Source: a virus (Duplodnaviria; Caudoviricetes). From it: a DNA stretch of 49,355 bases. A model generated the notes under the pieces. The model saw only the letters and a list, made by a program, of their open reading frames with translations, had not been told where the DNA came from and made no database searches. Below are positions 35,188-44,769 of the stretch, piece by piece. A program made the position numbers and the translations under genes. Position 1 is the stretch's first letter; the number at the start of each line of letters is the position of its first letter. The DNA is taken from positions 1 through 49,355 of IMG/VR virus record IMGVR_UViG_3300032212_000020; one strand, 5' to 3'.

Positions 35188-37839
35188 ATGGCCACCGTGA
35201 AGTACGTCCTGAAGCTCGACGACCAGCTCTCCAAGGGCCTGGCGACCACCGCGGCCAACGTGCACGCCGTGGTCGCGGCGCTGCGCGAGCTCGACGGGCA
35301 GGCGAAGGGCGTCGAGGGCGCCCTGGTCGGGACCGGCCGGGCGTCGAAGGTGACGGCAGCACAGGCGCAGGACGCCGCTCAGGCGCTCCAGCAGATGGCG
35401 AAGACGGCCGGCGTGACCGCGGAGCAGAGCGAGAAGCTGGCGGCGGCGTCGAAGAGGGCGAGCGCCGCCGCCAAGGCGCAGGCGGAGGCGACGCGGCTGA
35501 AGCGGGAGGTCCTGAAGAAGGCGAGAGAGGAGGCCAAGGCTGCGGCCGTGGCTGCGCGCACCAGGGCAAAGGAGGAGGCCAAGGCGGCGAAGACGGCAGC
35601 AGCAGCCGCGAAGATCGAGGAGCGAGAGCGCCAGAAGCTCATCGCGACCCTCGATCGGCAGCGCGAGGCAGACGAGCGGGTCCGTCTCGGCAAGGAGCAG
35701 GCCCAGGCCGTCGCCGAGCTGCGCGCCATCGACCTCCTGATCGCGAAGATGCGGGAGAAGAACCTCGTCTCCCAGGCGGAGATCGACCTGCTGGAGCGCA
35801 GGAAGCAGCAGGTGCGCGAGAACCTCGCCATCGAGACGGCGGCCGCGAAGAACCTCGGGACGCGCATCGATCGCGGCTTCGGGCCCCAGGGTACGCGACG
35901 CTCACCCATCGGGCGTGGCGTCCTGTCCTCGCACGTGAAGAACGTCACGAAGGACATGAAGGCACTCAACTCCGCGGCTCGGAGCACCGCGCGGCAGCTC
36001 CCCGACGTGTTCAGCCAGCTCGCGACAGGCACGCCCATCACGCAGATCTTCATGCAGCAGGGGCTGCAGGTCGTGGACATGGTGGAGGCGGAGACGAGTG
36101 CCTTCACCAAGCTCGGTGCCCGCCTGTCGGCGTCGCCCGGCCTCATCTCCGGAGCGACCTTGGCGCTCGGGGGCCTCGCGACAGCCGGGGTGGTCACCGT
36201 CAACATCGTCGACGAGATGCGCGAGTCCGTGAACGTGCTGAACCGGACGATGAAGGACAACGAGGCGCAGATCGCGAGCACACGGCAGAAGGTGGTTGCC
36301 GCTGCCGCGGCCTTCCGCGAGCTGCGCAAGAGCACCCGCGAGGCTCGTCGCGACAATCTCGTGTTCGCTGGCGATCTGGCCCCCGAGGACGCTGACCTTC
36401 AGCGGGTGGTGGAGCGTGTGGACGAGCGGACCTTCGAGGGAATCCGCGACGCCTTCCTCCTGATCGAAAAGCTGAAGAAGCAGATCAGCGACGCCGAGAA
36501 AGTCGGCCTCTCGATGCTCGCCACCCTGAACGAACAAGAGGCTGCGAAGCGGACCATCGCCGAGAAGACCGTGGAACTGGCACAGGCCGAAGAGACGCTG
36601 GCCCGAATGCAGGCCGCTCGTGACGCCGAAATCGCCGTTCGGACCGAGGGGCTCTTTGAGCGCAAATACGCCCGAATCGAGGAAGAGGCCGCGCAGGCGG
36701 AGAAGGCCGAGGAGCGGAAGACTGCCGCGGTCGCGAAGGGAGAACGGGAGAGGTCCCAGGCCGCGAACGCCCGCCTCGCCGCCCTCGACCGCCTCGCCAC
36801 CATGGCCCGCCAGGCGGAGACCTCCCAACTCGACGGCATCGCCGCCGTCAACGCCGCCATGGAGGACCAGCTCGCCCTCATCGACAAGATCGCAGGCGCC
36901 TTCGGGACGCTGGACGACGACGAGACCGCCGCCATCGGGAAGGCCCGCGAGGCCGTGAAGAGCAACGCGGCCGCCAAGGTCGCCGCCATCCAGGCCGCCG
37001 AGGCAGACGCCGCCAACGAGGAAGCCGCCAAGGCCGCCATCGCCGCGCAGGAGGCCGCGCAGGGGCTCAAGGAGGCGGTCGACCTGCTCGCAGGCAAGAT
37101 CCGCACCGATGGGCTGAAGTCGCTCCTCGGCGGAGACGCCTCCGGGGCCATCGAGGCGGGCCTCGGCAAGGCGCTGCAGCTCGCCGGCAAGGGCGCTGGA
37201 GCCACGGGCGCAGAGGGTGCGGCGTTCGCCCTGGGCGCCGCCGCCGCGCCGGTCGCCGCCGGCGTCGTCGGCCTGAAGGCGGTCGGCGACATGGGCGCGG
37301 ACGGCGTCGAGGAGCTGGCTGAGGACACCGTGGACGCAATCGTCGCGGGGATCGACGCGCTCCCGGAGATCCTCGTCGAGGTCGCGCCCAAGCTCGGCAT
37401 CGCCATCGCAACCGAGATCGTCCCTGCGCTGCTCAAGCTGCCGCTCGAGTTCGCGAAGGCGCTCGGCGAGGCACTGAAGGACCTCTTCACGCGAGGCCGG
37501 GAGCGCCGGCAGGACCGCCGGGAGCGGCGCCGGAACACCAAGGCCGAGGCCCGCACGACCCGCTCGTTCCGCTCGGGGACCAGCATCGTGCAGCGCGACG
37601 GGCCCGCGATGCTCCACCAGGGCGAGCTCGTCGTGCCCGTGAACGGGGCGATGTCGCAGGACTCGGCATCCCGGGTGCGGCGTCAGGCGGGCGCCGACGG
37701 GGGCGGGACCATGATGGGCGGCGTCCGCATCCGGCCCGTGACCATCGACGCCGTGGTGCTCGGCATCACCAGCAAGCAGGCCACCGGGCCCTGGTCGCAC
37801 TGGGCTGGGTACGGCCCGAAGATGGGGAGCCACCGATGA
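35188..37839 (+). CDS. Tape measure protein
   Basis: 883 aa Ala-rich helical; QLPDVFSQLATG..IFMQQG; C-terminal FRSGT...AMLHQGELVVP. Confidence 0.9.
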   Translation: MATVKYVLKLDDQLSKGLATTAANVHAVVAALRELDGQAKGVEGALVGTGRASKVTAAQAQDAAQALQQMAKTAGVTAEQSEKLAAASKRASAAAKAQAEATRLKREVLKKAREEAKAAAVAARTRAKEEAKAAKTAAAAAKIEERERQKLIATLDRQREADERVRLGKEQAQAVAELRAIDLLIAKMREKNLVSQAEIDLLERRKQQVRENLAIETAAAKNLGTRIDRGFGPQGTRRSPIGRGVLSSHVKNVTKDMKALNSAARSTARQLPDVFSQLATGTPITQIFMQQGLQVVDMVEAETSAFTKLGARLSASPGLISGATLALGGLATAGVVTVNIVDEMRESVNVLNRTMKDNEAQIASTRQKVVAAAAAFRELRKSTREARRDNLVFAGDLAPEDADLQRVVERVDERTFEGIRDAFLLIEKLKKQISDAEKVGLSMLATLNEQEAAKRTIAEKTVELAQAEETLARMQAARDAEIAVRTEGLFERKYARIEEEAAQAEKAEERKTAAVAKGERERSQAANARLAALDRLATMARQAETSQLDGIAAVNAAMEDQLALIDKIAGAFGTLDDDETAAIGKAREAVKSNAAAKVAAIQAAEADAANEEAAKAAIAAQEAAQGLKEAVDLLAGKIRTDGLKSLLGGDASGAIEAGLGKALQLAGKGAGATGAEGAAFALGAAAAPVAAGVVGLKAVGDMGADGVEELAEDTVDAIVAGIDALPEILVEVAPKLGIAIATEIVPALLKLPLEFAKALGEALKDLFTRGRERRQDRRERRRNTKAEARTTRSFRSGTSIVQRDGPAMLHQGELVVPVNGAMSQDSASRVRRQAGADGGGTMMGGVRIRPVTIDAVVLGITSKQATGPWSHWAGYGPKMGSHR

Positions 37840-38729
37840 CGGCCCGCCTCTACTGGTACCCGCGGGCCACGGCGGCCCTGCACACCATCGACGTGCCGCA
37901 GACGCCGAACGACCTGCAGGTGGTCCGCGACAAGGTGACCGGGGGCGGCATCAGCCTCGGCGGCGCGGTGAACCTGGTCCCGATGCAGGGCTACGACCGC
38001 GTCCGCCTCGTCGTTGAGCGCCGGAGCGAGCGCCTGGCGTCGCTGTACGAATGGCGGGACGAGGCCCGGACACTGGTGGACCACCTCCTGCGCGGCGGCT
38101 CGGTCGGCTTCGCGCTGGACACCACGAAGGCGTTCCTCTGCACCCCGGGGTCACCCTTCGTGCACGGGCTGTCCTCCGTGGGCGTCTCGGGCAACGCTCT
38201 GGCGTCTTGGGAGGCGGCCGCGACGCTGTCGGCTGACGACCGGCTCGTCATCAGCTCGAGCAACCCCGACCGCATGCGAGAGGAGGCCACCGTGGCGTCC
38301 TTCACGGCGGGCACGCTGGGACTGGACCGCGCCATCCGCTTCCAGCACTCCGGCCTGACGTCCATCCGGCACTGGGGCTTCTACCCGGTGCTCAGGCTGG
38401 CCCCGGAAGCGCAGCCTCGGGACCTCGACGTCTCCGAGCGGGGCCTCGTGTGGACGCTGAACCTGCCACTGGTCGAGGTCGTCCCGGACGTAGAGGCGCT
38501 CATCGCAGGGCTCGGCTCGGGGCTCGTGCTCGCTGGCACGAGCAGCACCCCTGACGGGGTCACGGCGTCCAGCGTGGACGACGCGATCAGCGCGGGCCGG
38601 GGCTTCATCGAGGGCGTGGGGGGCAGGGCCCTCACCGAGTCCTTCGCGGGCAGCCGAGACCACCTCCGGGCGGCCTCCCGCATCGGCCGGGACGGCTACA
38701 CGCCGCGCGGCTGGGGGTACTCGCCGTGA
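37836..38729 (+). CDS. Tail tip / distal tail protein
   Basis: First gene after TMP; ATGA coupling. Confidence 0.6.
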   Translation: MTARLYWYPRATAALHTIDVPQTPNDLQVVRDKVTGGGISLGGAVNLVPMQGYDRVRLVVERRSERLASLYEWRDEARTLVDHLLRGGSVGFALDTTKAFLCTPGSPFVHGLSSVGVSGNALASWEAAATLSADDRLVISSSNPDRMREEATVASFTAGTLGLDRAIRFQHSGLTSIRHWGFYPVLRLAPEAQPRDLDVSERGLVWTLNLPLVEVVPDVEALIAGLGSGLVLAGTSSTPDGVTASSVDDAISAGRGFIEGVGGRALTESFAGSRDHLRAASRIGRDGYTPRGWGYSP

Positions 38730-40360
38730 GCTGGTCCAGCGCCTTCATCGCGGCCCTCCAGGCCGGCTCGCTGACCTACCAGGTCGTCGTCGACGGGTCG
38801 GCGGTGGCGCTGTCCTCGGCCCCCTCCCGTCTCCCGGGGCGGGCGTACCTCGCGGGCGCGCCGAAGGTGTCGGGGATGGGGCTGCGCCTCCGGGACTGGC
38901 AGGCCAGCTCGGGGACGATGACGTTCGCCCTGACGGTGCCTCGCGCGGATGTCTCCAGCTTCCGCGGCGAGTGGGAGCTCGGCGACCGGGTGCAGGTGTT
39001 CGCCTCGACGGGGCCCGGGGGCACCACCGAGCGCATCTGGCTGGGCCGGCTGCAGGACGTCATCGTGGCCCCGGACGGCACCGGTGCGGTCGTGATCGAC
39101 AGCGTGGTGCCCCTCGCGACGGCGCCGCAGAGCGCCGGTTGGGGTGCTGCAGCGCGCTTCACCGACGCTGGCCAGTCCAAGCCGTCGCTGTGGTTCCACC
39201 ACATGGCCGCGAACGTTGCGATGAGCAGCAGCTACCAGCTGGCGACGAAGGGGTTCGTGACCACGCCGTCGCTCACGTTCAACCCGACGACCTCCGGCCA
39301 GAACCTGGCGCTGTCCAGCGTCTCCGGGCACACCCTCGGGTACTCGTTCATCTCCGGGGCCGCCGAGGGCGCCGTGATGGTCCAGGGAGCCGGCGCTTCG
39401 CCCTCGGTCCCCTACCTGCTCACCTACACAGGCATCTCCTCGCCCAACCTCTCGGGCACGAAGCTCCCCGGGCCCGCCAAGCTCACCCCGCCGCACTACT
39501 CGCTGAGCACCGCGGACCCAGTCCGGCACGTCTCATGGGTCGACGGGCACGCCTTCGACATCATCCGCGGGGTCCTGCAGTCGAGCTCGGCGGGCACGAA
39601 CGGGGCCTTCGACGTCCTGCCCGCGAACTGGGGCGTGGCGTTCCCCGACTCGGACATCGACCAGGTCGACATCGCTCAGTGGTACCCGCTCCTGCAGGAG
39701 CCGAGCACCCCCCGCTACTCGCTGGCGGTCATGGAGCAGATGGAGGACGGCATCGCGCCGTTGTGGGAGTGGGCTGCCGCAATCGGCGTCTGGCCCGTGA
39801 TGCGGCACGGGAAGCTGTCGCTGCGTGCGGCGGCGGACCCCTACGACTCCGGCCTGTCGGGCGTCATCGCGATGCACATCACCGACGAGCACATCCGGGC
39901 GGTGGGGGCGCAGCGGAACCGGCACCCGGACTGCCCGCAGATCGCCCGCAACGTGCTCGTGTCGACGTCCGCGTTCGACACCGGGCTCATCTCCAGCATC
40001 GACGGCGCCCCTGAGGACATCTCGACGTCCTCGAGCGCGGGCACGCCGACCGGCTGGCCCCGGGTCTACTCGAAGACGCTCGCCCTCGGCGGCCACATCT
40101 TCCACGACCCTGGGGACCAGCGGAAGGACACGGGCCGACGCCTGGCCCCCTGGTGGCAGCGGTTCCCCGCGGACGCCATCGTCACGCTCACAGGCGAGGC
40201 CCTGAAGCTCGTGCCCGGCGACATCGTCGAGGTGACGAGCGGAATCGCAACGGGGCCGGACGGCGCGAAGCTGAGCCGCACGCGGGCGCTCGTTGTGCCC
40301 TCCGCCCAGGACTGGGGCGAGCGCAGCGTGGAGGTCGGCCTGGTGTTCCTGCGGCGGTGA
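38726..40360 (+). CDS. Tail hub/baseplate-type protein
   Basis: 544 aa; C-terminal LVPGDIVEVT motif common in tail hub proteins. Confidence 0.65.
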   Translation: MSWSSAFIAALQAGSLTYQVVVDGSAVALSSAPSRLPGRAYLAGAPKVSGMGLRLRDWQASSGTMTFALTVPRADVSSFRGEWELGDRVQVFASTGPGGTTERIWLGRLQDVIVAPDGTGAVVIDSVVPLATAPQSAGWGAAARFTDAGQSKPSLWFHHMAANVAMSSSYQLATKGFVTTPSLTFNPTTSGQNLALSSVSGHTLGYSFISGAAEGAVMVQGAGASPSVPYLLTYTGISSPNLSGTKLPGPAKLTPPHYSLSTADPVRHVSWVDGHAFDIIRGVLQSSSAGTNGAFDVLPANWGVAFPDSDIDQVDIAQWYPLLQEPSTPRYSLAVMEQMEDGIAPLWEWAAAIGVWPVMRHGKLSLRAAADPYDSGLSGVIAMHITDEHIRAVGAQRNRHPDCPQIARNVLVSTSAFDTGLISSIDGAPEDISTSSSAGTPTGWPRVYSKTLALGGHIFHDPGDQRKDTGRRLAPWWQRFPADAIVTLTGEALKLVPGDIVEVTSGIATGPDGAKLSRTRALVVPSAQDWGERSVEVGLVFLRR

Positions 40361-40365
40361 CGCCA

Positions 40366-40404
40366 TGTTTCACTGGCGTTACACTTGAAACGCGAGGTGA
40401 AACA
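40366..40404. promoter_or_regulatory. parS-like GTTTCA/TGAAAC element
   Basis: TGTTTCAC 40366 ... GTTACACTTGAAAC 40378 ... GTGAAACA 40397. Confidence 0.55.
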
Positions 40405-41241
40405 GTGCTCAGCGGAATGACGAGCATGGCCAGCGCGGCCGCAGGGGGCGGTGGGGGCGGTGGGGGCGGTGGTGGGTCCTCGTGGACATCCCTGGCCGAC
40501 ATCGACCTGAGCGACGGCGACATCACCGACGTCACGCTCACCCTGGGCGCCGGGGATACGAACATCCGCAACTCGGCGGACGACGCGACGCGCGTGGTTG
40601 GTGGCTATGCGGACACCGTGGGCACGTCCACGGGCTCGTGTGTCGCCAGCACGGCCAACGCCGGCGTCGAGCTCAGCAACAGCGCCAGCGGCACGGAGGC
40701 CACGTCCTACCTCAAGCTGGACGCCGCGACGTACGGGCAGGACTTCTCGGCGCTCAAGAAGGACTGCATGGTGTCGGTGCGGGTGCGCTCGGCGGCCATC
40801 GGCACGAGCAACGACGACACGGTCGGCATCTGGCTCAGCTCCGGCAGCAACCAGCGCACGGCGGCGCTCGCCTTCGGCGTCCAGCAGTACCGGAGCGGCG
40901 GGCAGTACCACTTCCGGGCGATGCGCCTCGAGGGCGGGTCGTTCTTCATCGGCTCGGCCATCCGGTCGGATGCTGCGGTGGTCACCGACTACGTCGTCAC
41001 GTTCGTGGTCAAGCGCGGGCGGATCTGCGACGCCTACGTGACGCTCGGAACCGGCATCCCGACTGCCATCCCGACGCCCGGCGCGTCCGTCCTCGTGGAT
41101 GAGCAGGGGACGTCGCTGGTCGCCATCGGCGCCGACCCCGCGGGGCTCTCGGACGCCTACGTCGTCCACCAGGCGTACAGCGGGGGCGGCGCGGTGTCGG
41201 CCATCGTCGACGTCGCCGACATGCGCGAGCTGGAGGGCTGA
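40405..41241 (+). CDS. Putative tail fibre / receptor-binding protein with poly-Gly linker
   Basis: GAGGTG SD, GTG start; AAAG(11)SSW followed by a beta-rich domain. Confidence 0.55.
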   Translation: MLSGMTSMASAAAGGGGGGGGGGGSSWTSLADIDLSDGDITDVTLTLGAGDTNIRNSADDATRVVGGYADTVGTSTGSCVASTANAGVELSNSASGTEATSYLKLDAATYGQDFSALKKDCMVSVRVRSAAIGTSNDDTVGIWLSSGSNQRTAALAFGVQQYRSGGQYHFRAMRLEGGSFFIGSAIRSDAAVVTDYVVTFVVKRGRICDAYVTLGTGIPTAIPTPGASVLVDEQGTSLVAIGADPAGLSDAYVVHQAYSGGGAVSAIVDVADMRELEG

Positions 41242-41465
41242 TGCACAAGCCGCGAATCACCAGGGGCATGGGCGCCGAGGGCACGGGCTCGCCCATCCCC
41301 GTCGCGCGAATCACGCACACGACGGCTTCCGATACGCTCGACCGCGTCCTCGCCGACATTCGGCAGCGCATCGCCGACGGCGAGCGCTCCCCCGTCCTCG
41401 CACGGCACATGACGGCCGTGGAGCTCGACGAGCTGCTTCTCGCCCTCGCGCGGGCGGAGGCGTGA
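41241..41465 (+). CDS. Small hypothetical protein
   Basis: GGAGGG SD; coupled. Confidence 0.55.
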   Translation: MHKPRITRGMGAEGTGSPIPVARITHTTASDTLDRVLADIRQRIADGERSPVLARHMTAVELDELLLALARAEA

Positions 41466-41467
41466 CC

Positions 41468-42154
41468 ATGCGCCCCCTCCTCATCATCGCCTACGCCCAG
41501 CATGGCCAGCGCTCCCGCGGCGACTACGACCCCGGCGCGTGGGCCGACATCGACGGCGACGGCATGCGGGCGACCTGGGAGCAGGAGGCGCGCCTCGCGG
41601 CTGCCTACGCGTCGCTCATCGCGGGCATGGCGGAGGCGCAGGGTGCGCAGGGGCTCCCCGTGGACGGCTGGTTCGTGGGCTGGGGCGACGACATCGACCC
41701 GCTCACCTACGACCGGGGGCACGCCGCCATCAACGCGCGCGTGCGGGCCTGGCACGAGCAGAACCCCGACGGCGTCTCCGTCACGCTGGCCTGCCACTGC
41801 AACGCCGGCGGCGGGGACGACGGGCTCATCGCCTTCGACCACCGGAGCGGGCTCGGTCGAGGCGCGGCTGCGGTCCTGGCGTCGGCCTGGGAGGCGGGCC
41901 TGCCCATGCTCGACCGGGCGAAGCGCATCGTCGCCAGCCCCCAGGGCCAACCGTACGAGCGACGCCTGCACTTCTGCCTGCGCGGGGCGTACTGGGCCCC
42001 CCGGAACCACTTCGGGCTCACGCTGGAGCCCGGCTTCCTGGACCAGCCGCAGCACCGCGGCCTCTGGACCTCGCGGGGCCTCGAGGCCATCGCGCGGTCC
42101 ACCGTCGGAGGCCTGGTGGCGTGGGCGAGCGAGCCCGCAGCGGCGGCGGCCTGA
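41468..42154 (+). CDS. Endolysin, N-acetylmuramoyl-L-alanine amidase (Amidase_3-like)
   Basis: AQHG...YDPGA...WEQE...ACHCNAGG...TLEPGFLD zinc/catalytic residues. Confidence 0.85.
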   Translation: MRPLLIIAYAQHGQRSRGDYDPGAWADIDGDGMRATWEQEARLAAAYASLIAGMAEAQGAQGLPVDGWFVGWGDDIDPLTYDRGHAAINARVRAWHEQNPDGVSVTLACHCNAGGGDDGLIAFDHRSGLGRGAAAVLASAWEAGLPMLDRAKRIVASPQGQPYERRLHFCLRGAYWAPRNHFGLTLEPGFLDQPQHRGLWTSRGLEAIARSTVGGLVAWASEPAAAAA

Positions 42155-42423
42155 TGCTGGGCCGCATCCCCGACTCCAAGCACGTCGCGGCCGCGGTCCT
42201 CATCGCGGCCATGTGCTCGGCCCAGCTGTCCACGCTCGTCCTGCTCGACGCGACGCCCGGCATCGCCGTCTCGCCCTTCGTGGCGGGCGCCGTGCAGGCC
42301 GGCGTGGCCGCGATCTGCGTCCTCGGTGGGCTGATCCTGGGCGGCTCTACCGTCCGCCACTGGCCGATGGGCCGCAACACCCCGCCGGGGCCCGGGGCCA
42401 TCGCGCCCGGGCTGCCGGATTGA
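42154..42423 (+). CDS. Putative holin (2 TM)
   Basis: Two hydrophobic segments; coupled to the endolysin. Confidence 0.55.
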   Translation: MLGRIPDSKHVAAAVLIAAMCSAQLSTLVLLDATPGIAVSPFVAGAVQAGVAAICVLGGLILGGSTVRHWPMGRNTPPGPGAIAPGLPD

Positions 42424-42437
42424 CCATGGAGGCCCGC

Positions 42438-42908
42438 ATGCCCATCGGGACGACCCTCGCCATCGTCGCCGCGTCCGCCCTCCTCGGGGCCCTCGGCGCG
42501 GACCAGCTCCACCGCCGTGCCGACCGGCGCGCTGAGGCCGTGGCCATGGCCCCAGTCGAGGCCGTGAAGGCGTCCGCCGACGTCGTCGAAGCCACCGGCG
42601 AGGCCGCGACCGGCGCCGTCGTCGCCGCCACGGCCGAGGAGACCACCGACGCGGAGACGCGCCAGGCGGTCGCCACGAGCGAGCCCGCCCCCATCGCCGT
42701 GGCCGCAGCCGTCGAGGTGCTCTCCCCCCGGTCCGTGGGCGCCCTCGCTGGCTACCTGGGCTGCATCGCCGGGAGCCAGGGCAAGGGAGAGGGCTCCGCC
42801 GCCTACGGCTGCACGCAGCGCGGCACGGCGCTCGACGCCGCCCTCGCGGCCGAGCCCTCCGTGGTCATCTGCACGGGCGAGAGCTGCCCCGCCGGCGACA
42901 CCCCGTGA
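42438..42908 (+). CDS. N-terminal TM protein, possible spanin-like lysis protein
   Basis: GGAGG SD; TM, Ala-rich helix, four Cys. Confidence 0.45.
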   Translation: MPIGTTLAIVAASALLGALGADQLHRRADRRAEAVAMAPVEAVKASADVVEATGEAATGAVVAATAEETTDAETRQAVATSEPAPIAVAAAVEVLSPRSVGALAGYLGCIAGSQGKGEGSAAYGCTQRGTALDAALAAEPSVVICTGESCPAGDTP

Positions 42909-43002
42909 CCCGCCGCCGCCCCAACCTCCGCGCCTGGCTGCGGGCCCTCCCCGGGGCGCCGCGGGCCGCGCTGCGCTCGGTCCTCTGGGGGTGCACGTGT
43001 CG

Positions 43003-43446
43003 ATGAGCCTGACGATGTCCCCTGCCCTGCCCCCGTCGTGGCGCGGCTGGGCGCTCCTGCTGCTGGCCGCGTGCGTCGCGCTGCTGGCGGGCCCGGCGTG
43101 GGCGCAGACCGCAGGCCCCCACGAGGCCGCGCTGGACTGGTTCATGGGCGTCGGGTCCGCGCTCGCGCTCGTCGTCGCCGTCCTCGGCGGCTGGTACGGC
43201 CTGCGGGAGAAGCGGCGGCGCGAGGTTGAGTACGAGGCCGCGCCGATCCGCGCGCTCCAGGCGCAGACCGACCGCCACGCCGCCGCCCTGGGGCTGCGCG
43301 AGGACGACACCGCTCTGCGCGACCGCGTCCGGGAGCTCGAGGCGGACAAGGCCGCCCTGCGGCAGGAGATGGCCACGCTCCGAGCCGTGAACGAGCGCAT
43401 CGAGGAGCAGTTCACCGCGGTCATCGCCCGCATGGGAGGGGTCTGA
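43003..43446 (+). CDS. Membrane protein with C-terminal coiled coil
   Basis: Signal-like segment (AWA-Q), TM, heptads LRDRVRELEADKAALRQE; start uncertain. Confidence 0.55.
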   Translation: MSLTMSPALPPSWRGWALLLLAACVALLAGPAWAQTAGPHEAALDWFMGVGSALALVVAVLGGWYGLREKRRREVEYEAAPIRALQAQTDRHAAALGLREDDTALRDRVRELEADKAALRQEMATLRAVNERIEEQFTAVIARMGGV

Positions 43447-43619
43447 TGCCCGTCACCATCGCCCCGGAGCTGCTGGCCGACCTGCTGATGCTGGCGGCGC
43501 TGCTACAGGTGCGGGTCGTGGTGCAGCGGGCGTGCGAGCGGGCGGTGGAGGGGGCACGGGGGGTGGACGCGGATGAGGCGACGGAGGCGGCGGGGCGGCC
43601 GGCACGCACCAGTCGGTAG
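43446..43619 (+). CDS. Small hydrophobic protein
   Basis: GGAGGG SD, TGATG coupling, 57 aa. Confidence 0.45.
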   Translation: MPVTIAPELLADLLMLAALLQVRVVVQRACERAVEGARGVDADEATEAAGRPARTSR

Positions 43620-43838
43620 GGGGCGCCGCGCGCGGGTGCGCGCCTCACAACACGCGACTTCGCCTGCCCCCTTCAGCTGGCACCGTTGCAGGGTTTGCTC
43701 CAGCGCCGTACGCTGGTGCTCCACTGGCACGTCGTCAAGGGCCAATGCGGTTCCCATGTCAACCTGCAGCGGTGATTCGCCAAGTGCACAGCGTGAAACT
43801 CTTGACGCTGCAGCGTAGTACCGAGAACGAGCCTTTCA

Positions 43839-44690
43839 ATGCCCACCGAGTACTTGCTCTACATCGACGACTCAGGGACGAGGTCGTACGCCAGTGGAAA
43901 CCAGCAGTATTCGCGACGGCGTGGCGTGAGCCAGTTCTTCGTTTGGGGTGGCTTTATGGCCACTCAGGAGGTCGCGGGCGAGGTCCTGCACGCCGTTGAC
44001 CGTGAGAAGCGGGCGGTGTTTGGCGCGGAGCCACCCGAGCTCAAGGCGAATTGGTTCCGCATCCAGAGGGAGAGGGAGCGCCGGTACCTGAAGCCCTATG
44101 GGATCACTGCCGAAGCCCTGCACGGACTTGCTGTGAAGGTCTACGAGCTGCTCGCCCGCTCAGACATTGAGTTCCGGGCAGCCATCGTCGACAAGGTCGC
44201 GATGAAGCGACAGTACGGCGACAAGGCCTGGTATCCCTGCACGATCGCGTTCGAGATCCTCTGCCAACGGCTGCAGGTCGACCTCATGGGAACCCGACAC
44301 CATGATGGCGGTGTCGTGGACATCGTCTTCGACGCGCACGACGGGAAAACGCCAGCCGGAAGGGTGTGGCAAGACAACATGAAGGCCCACTTCGACCTCA
44401 TGCGGGGAGCCGGTTCATCGCTCCAGCGACACCTGGGACCATTCGACCGTCTGCGGTCGATCCGGGGTGCAGAGAGCCACTCGGACACCCGGTTACAGGT
44501 GGCGGACCTGTTCGCGTTCGCCGCCTACCACCAGTGGACTAAGTTCGGCGGCGCGTGGCGTGAGGATACAGACATCTACTGGGCGCTGAAATACCTGCTT
44601 CCGCGGGTCAAATCCGACGGATACGGGCGGCCGTTCGGCCACGGGCTCGCCGTGATGCCCAAGTCCTCGACACGGGTGGAGAAGGGCTAA
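43839..44690 (+). CDS. DUF3800-family protein (RNase H-like acidic motifs)
   Basis: LYIDDSG...FVWGG...ELKANW...IVFDAHD...ESHSDTRLQVADLFA; codon usage less GC-biased than neighbours. Confidence 0.85.
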   Translation: MPTEYLLYIDDSGTRSYASGNQQYSRRRGVSQFFVWGGFMATQEVAGEVLHAVDREKRAVFGAEPPELKANWFRIQRERERRYLKPYGITAEALHGLAVKVYELLARSDIEFRAAIVDKVAMKRQYGDKAWYPCTIAFEILCQRLQVDLMGTRHHDGGVVDIVFDAHDGKTPAGRVWQDNMKAHFDLMRGAGSSLQRHLGPFDRLRSIRGAESHSDTRLQVADLFAFAAYHQWTKFGGAWREDTDIYWALKYLLPRVKSDGYGRPFGHGLAVMPKSSTRVEKG

Positions 44691-44692
44691 CC

Positions 44693-44769
44693 GCAGCGGG
44701 ACGCCCCAGGTGCTCCTGGGCCCTCGATAAGGGGTGCTGGAGGGGGAGTACGAGACTCCGTCCCGCTGC
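44693..44769 (+). ncRNA. Four-helix-junction RNA immediately 3' of the DUF3800 gene
   Basis: P1 44693-702/44760-769 (10 bp perfect); P2 CCCAGG/CCTGGG; P3 CCCT/AGGG; P4 GGAGT/ACTCC. Confidence 0.65.

Noticed and set aside
38726-41241. Diversity-generating retroelement or invertible tail-fibre system
   Set aside because: No reverse transcriptase, invertase or template/variable repeat pair seen
43030-43110. LAAC lipobox suggesting a unimolecular spanin
   Set aside because: The hydrophobic stretch continues past the Cys to an AWA-Q signal-peptidase-I-like site, and the TM is central rather than C-terminal
43503-43757. 84-aa minus-strand ORF divergent from DUF3800
   Set aside because: No clear SD or motif and it overlaps the coupled plus-strand ORF 43446-43619; cannot be supported, though not excluded
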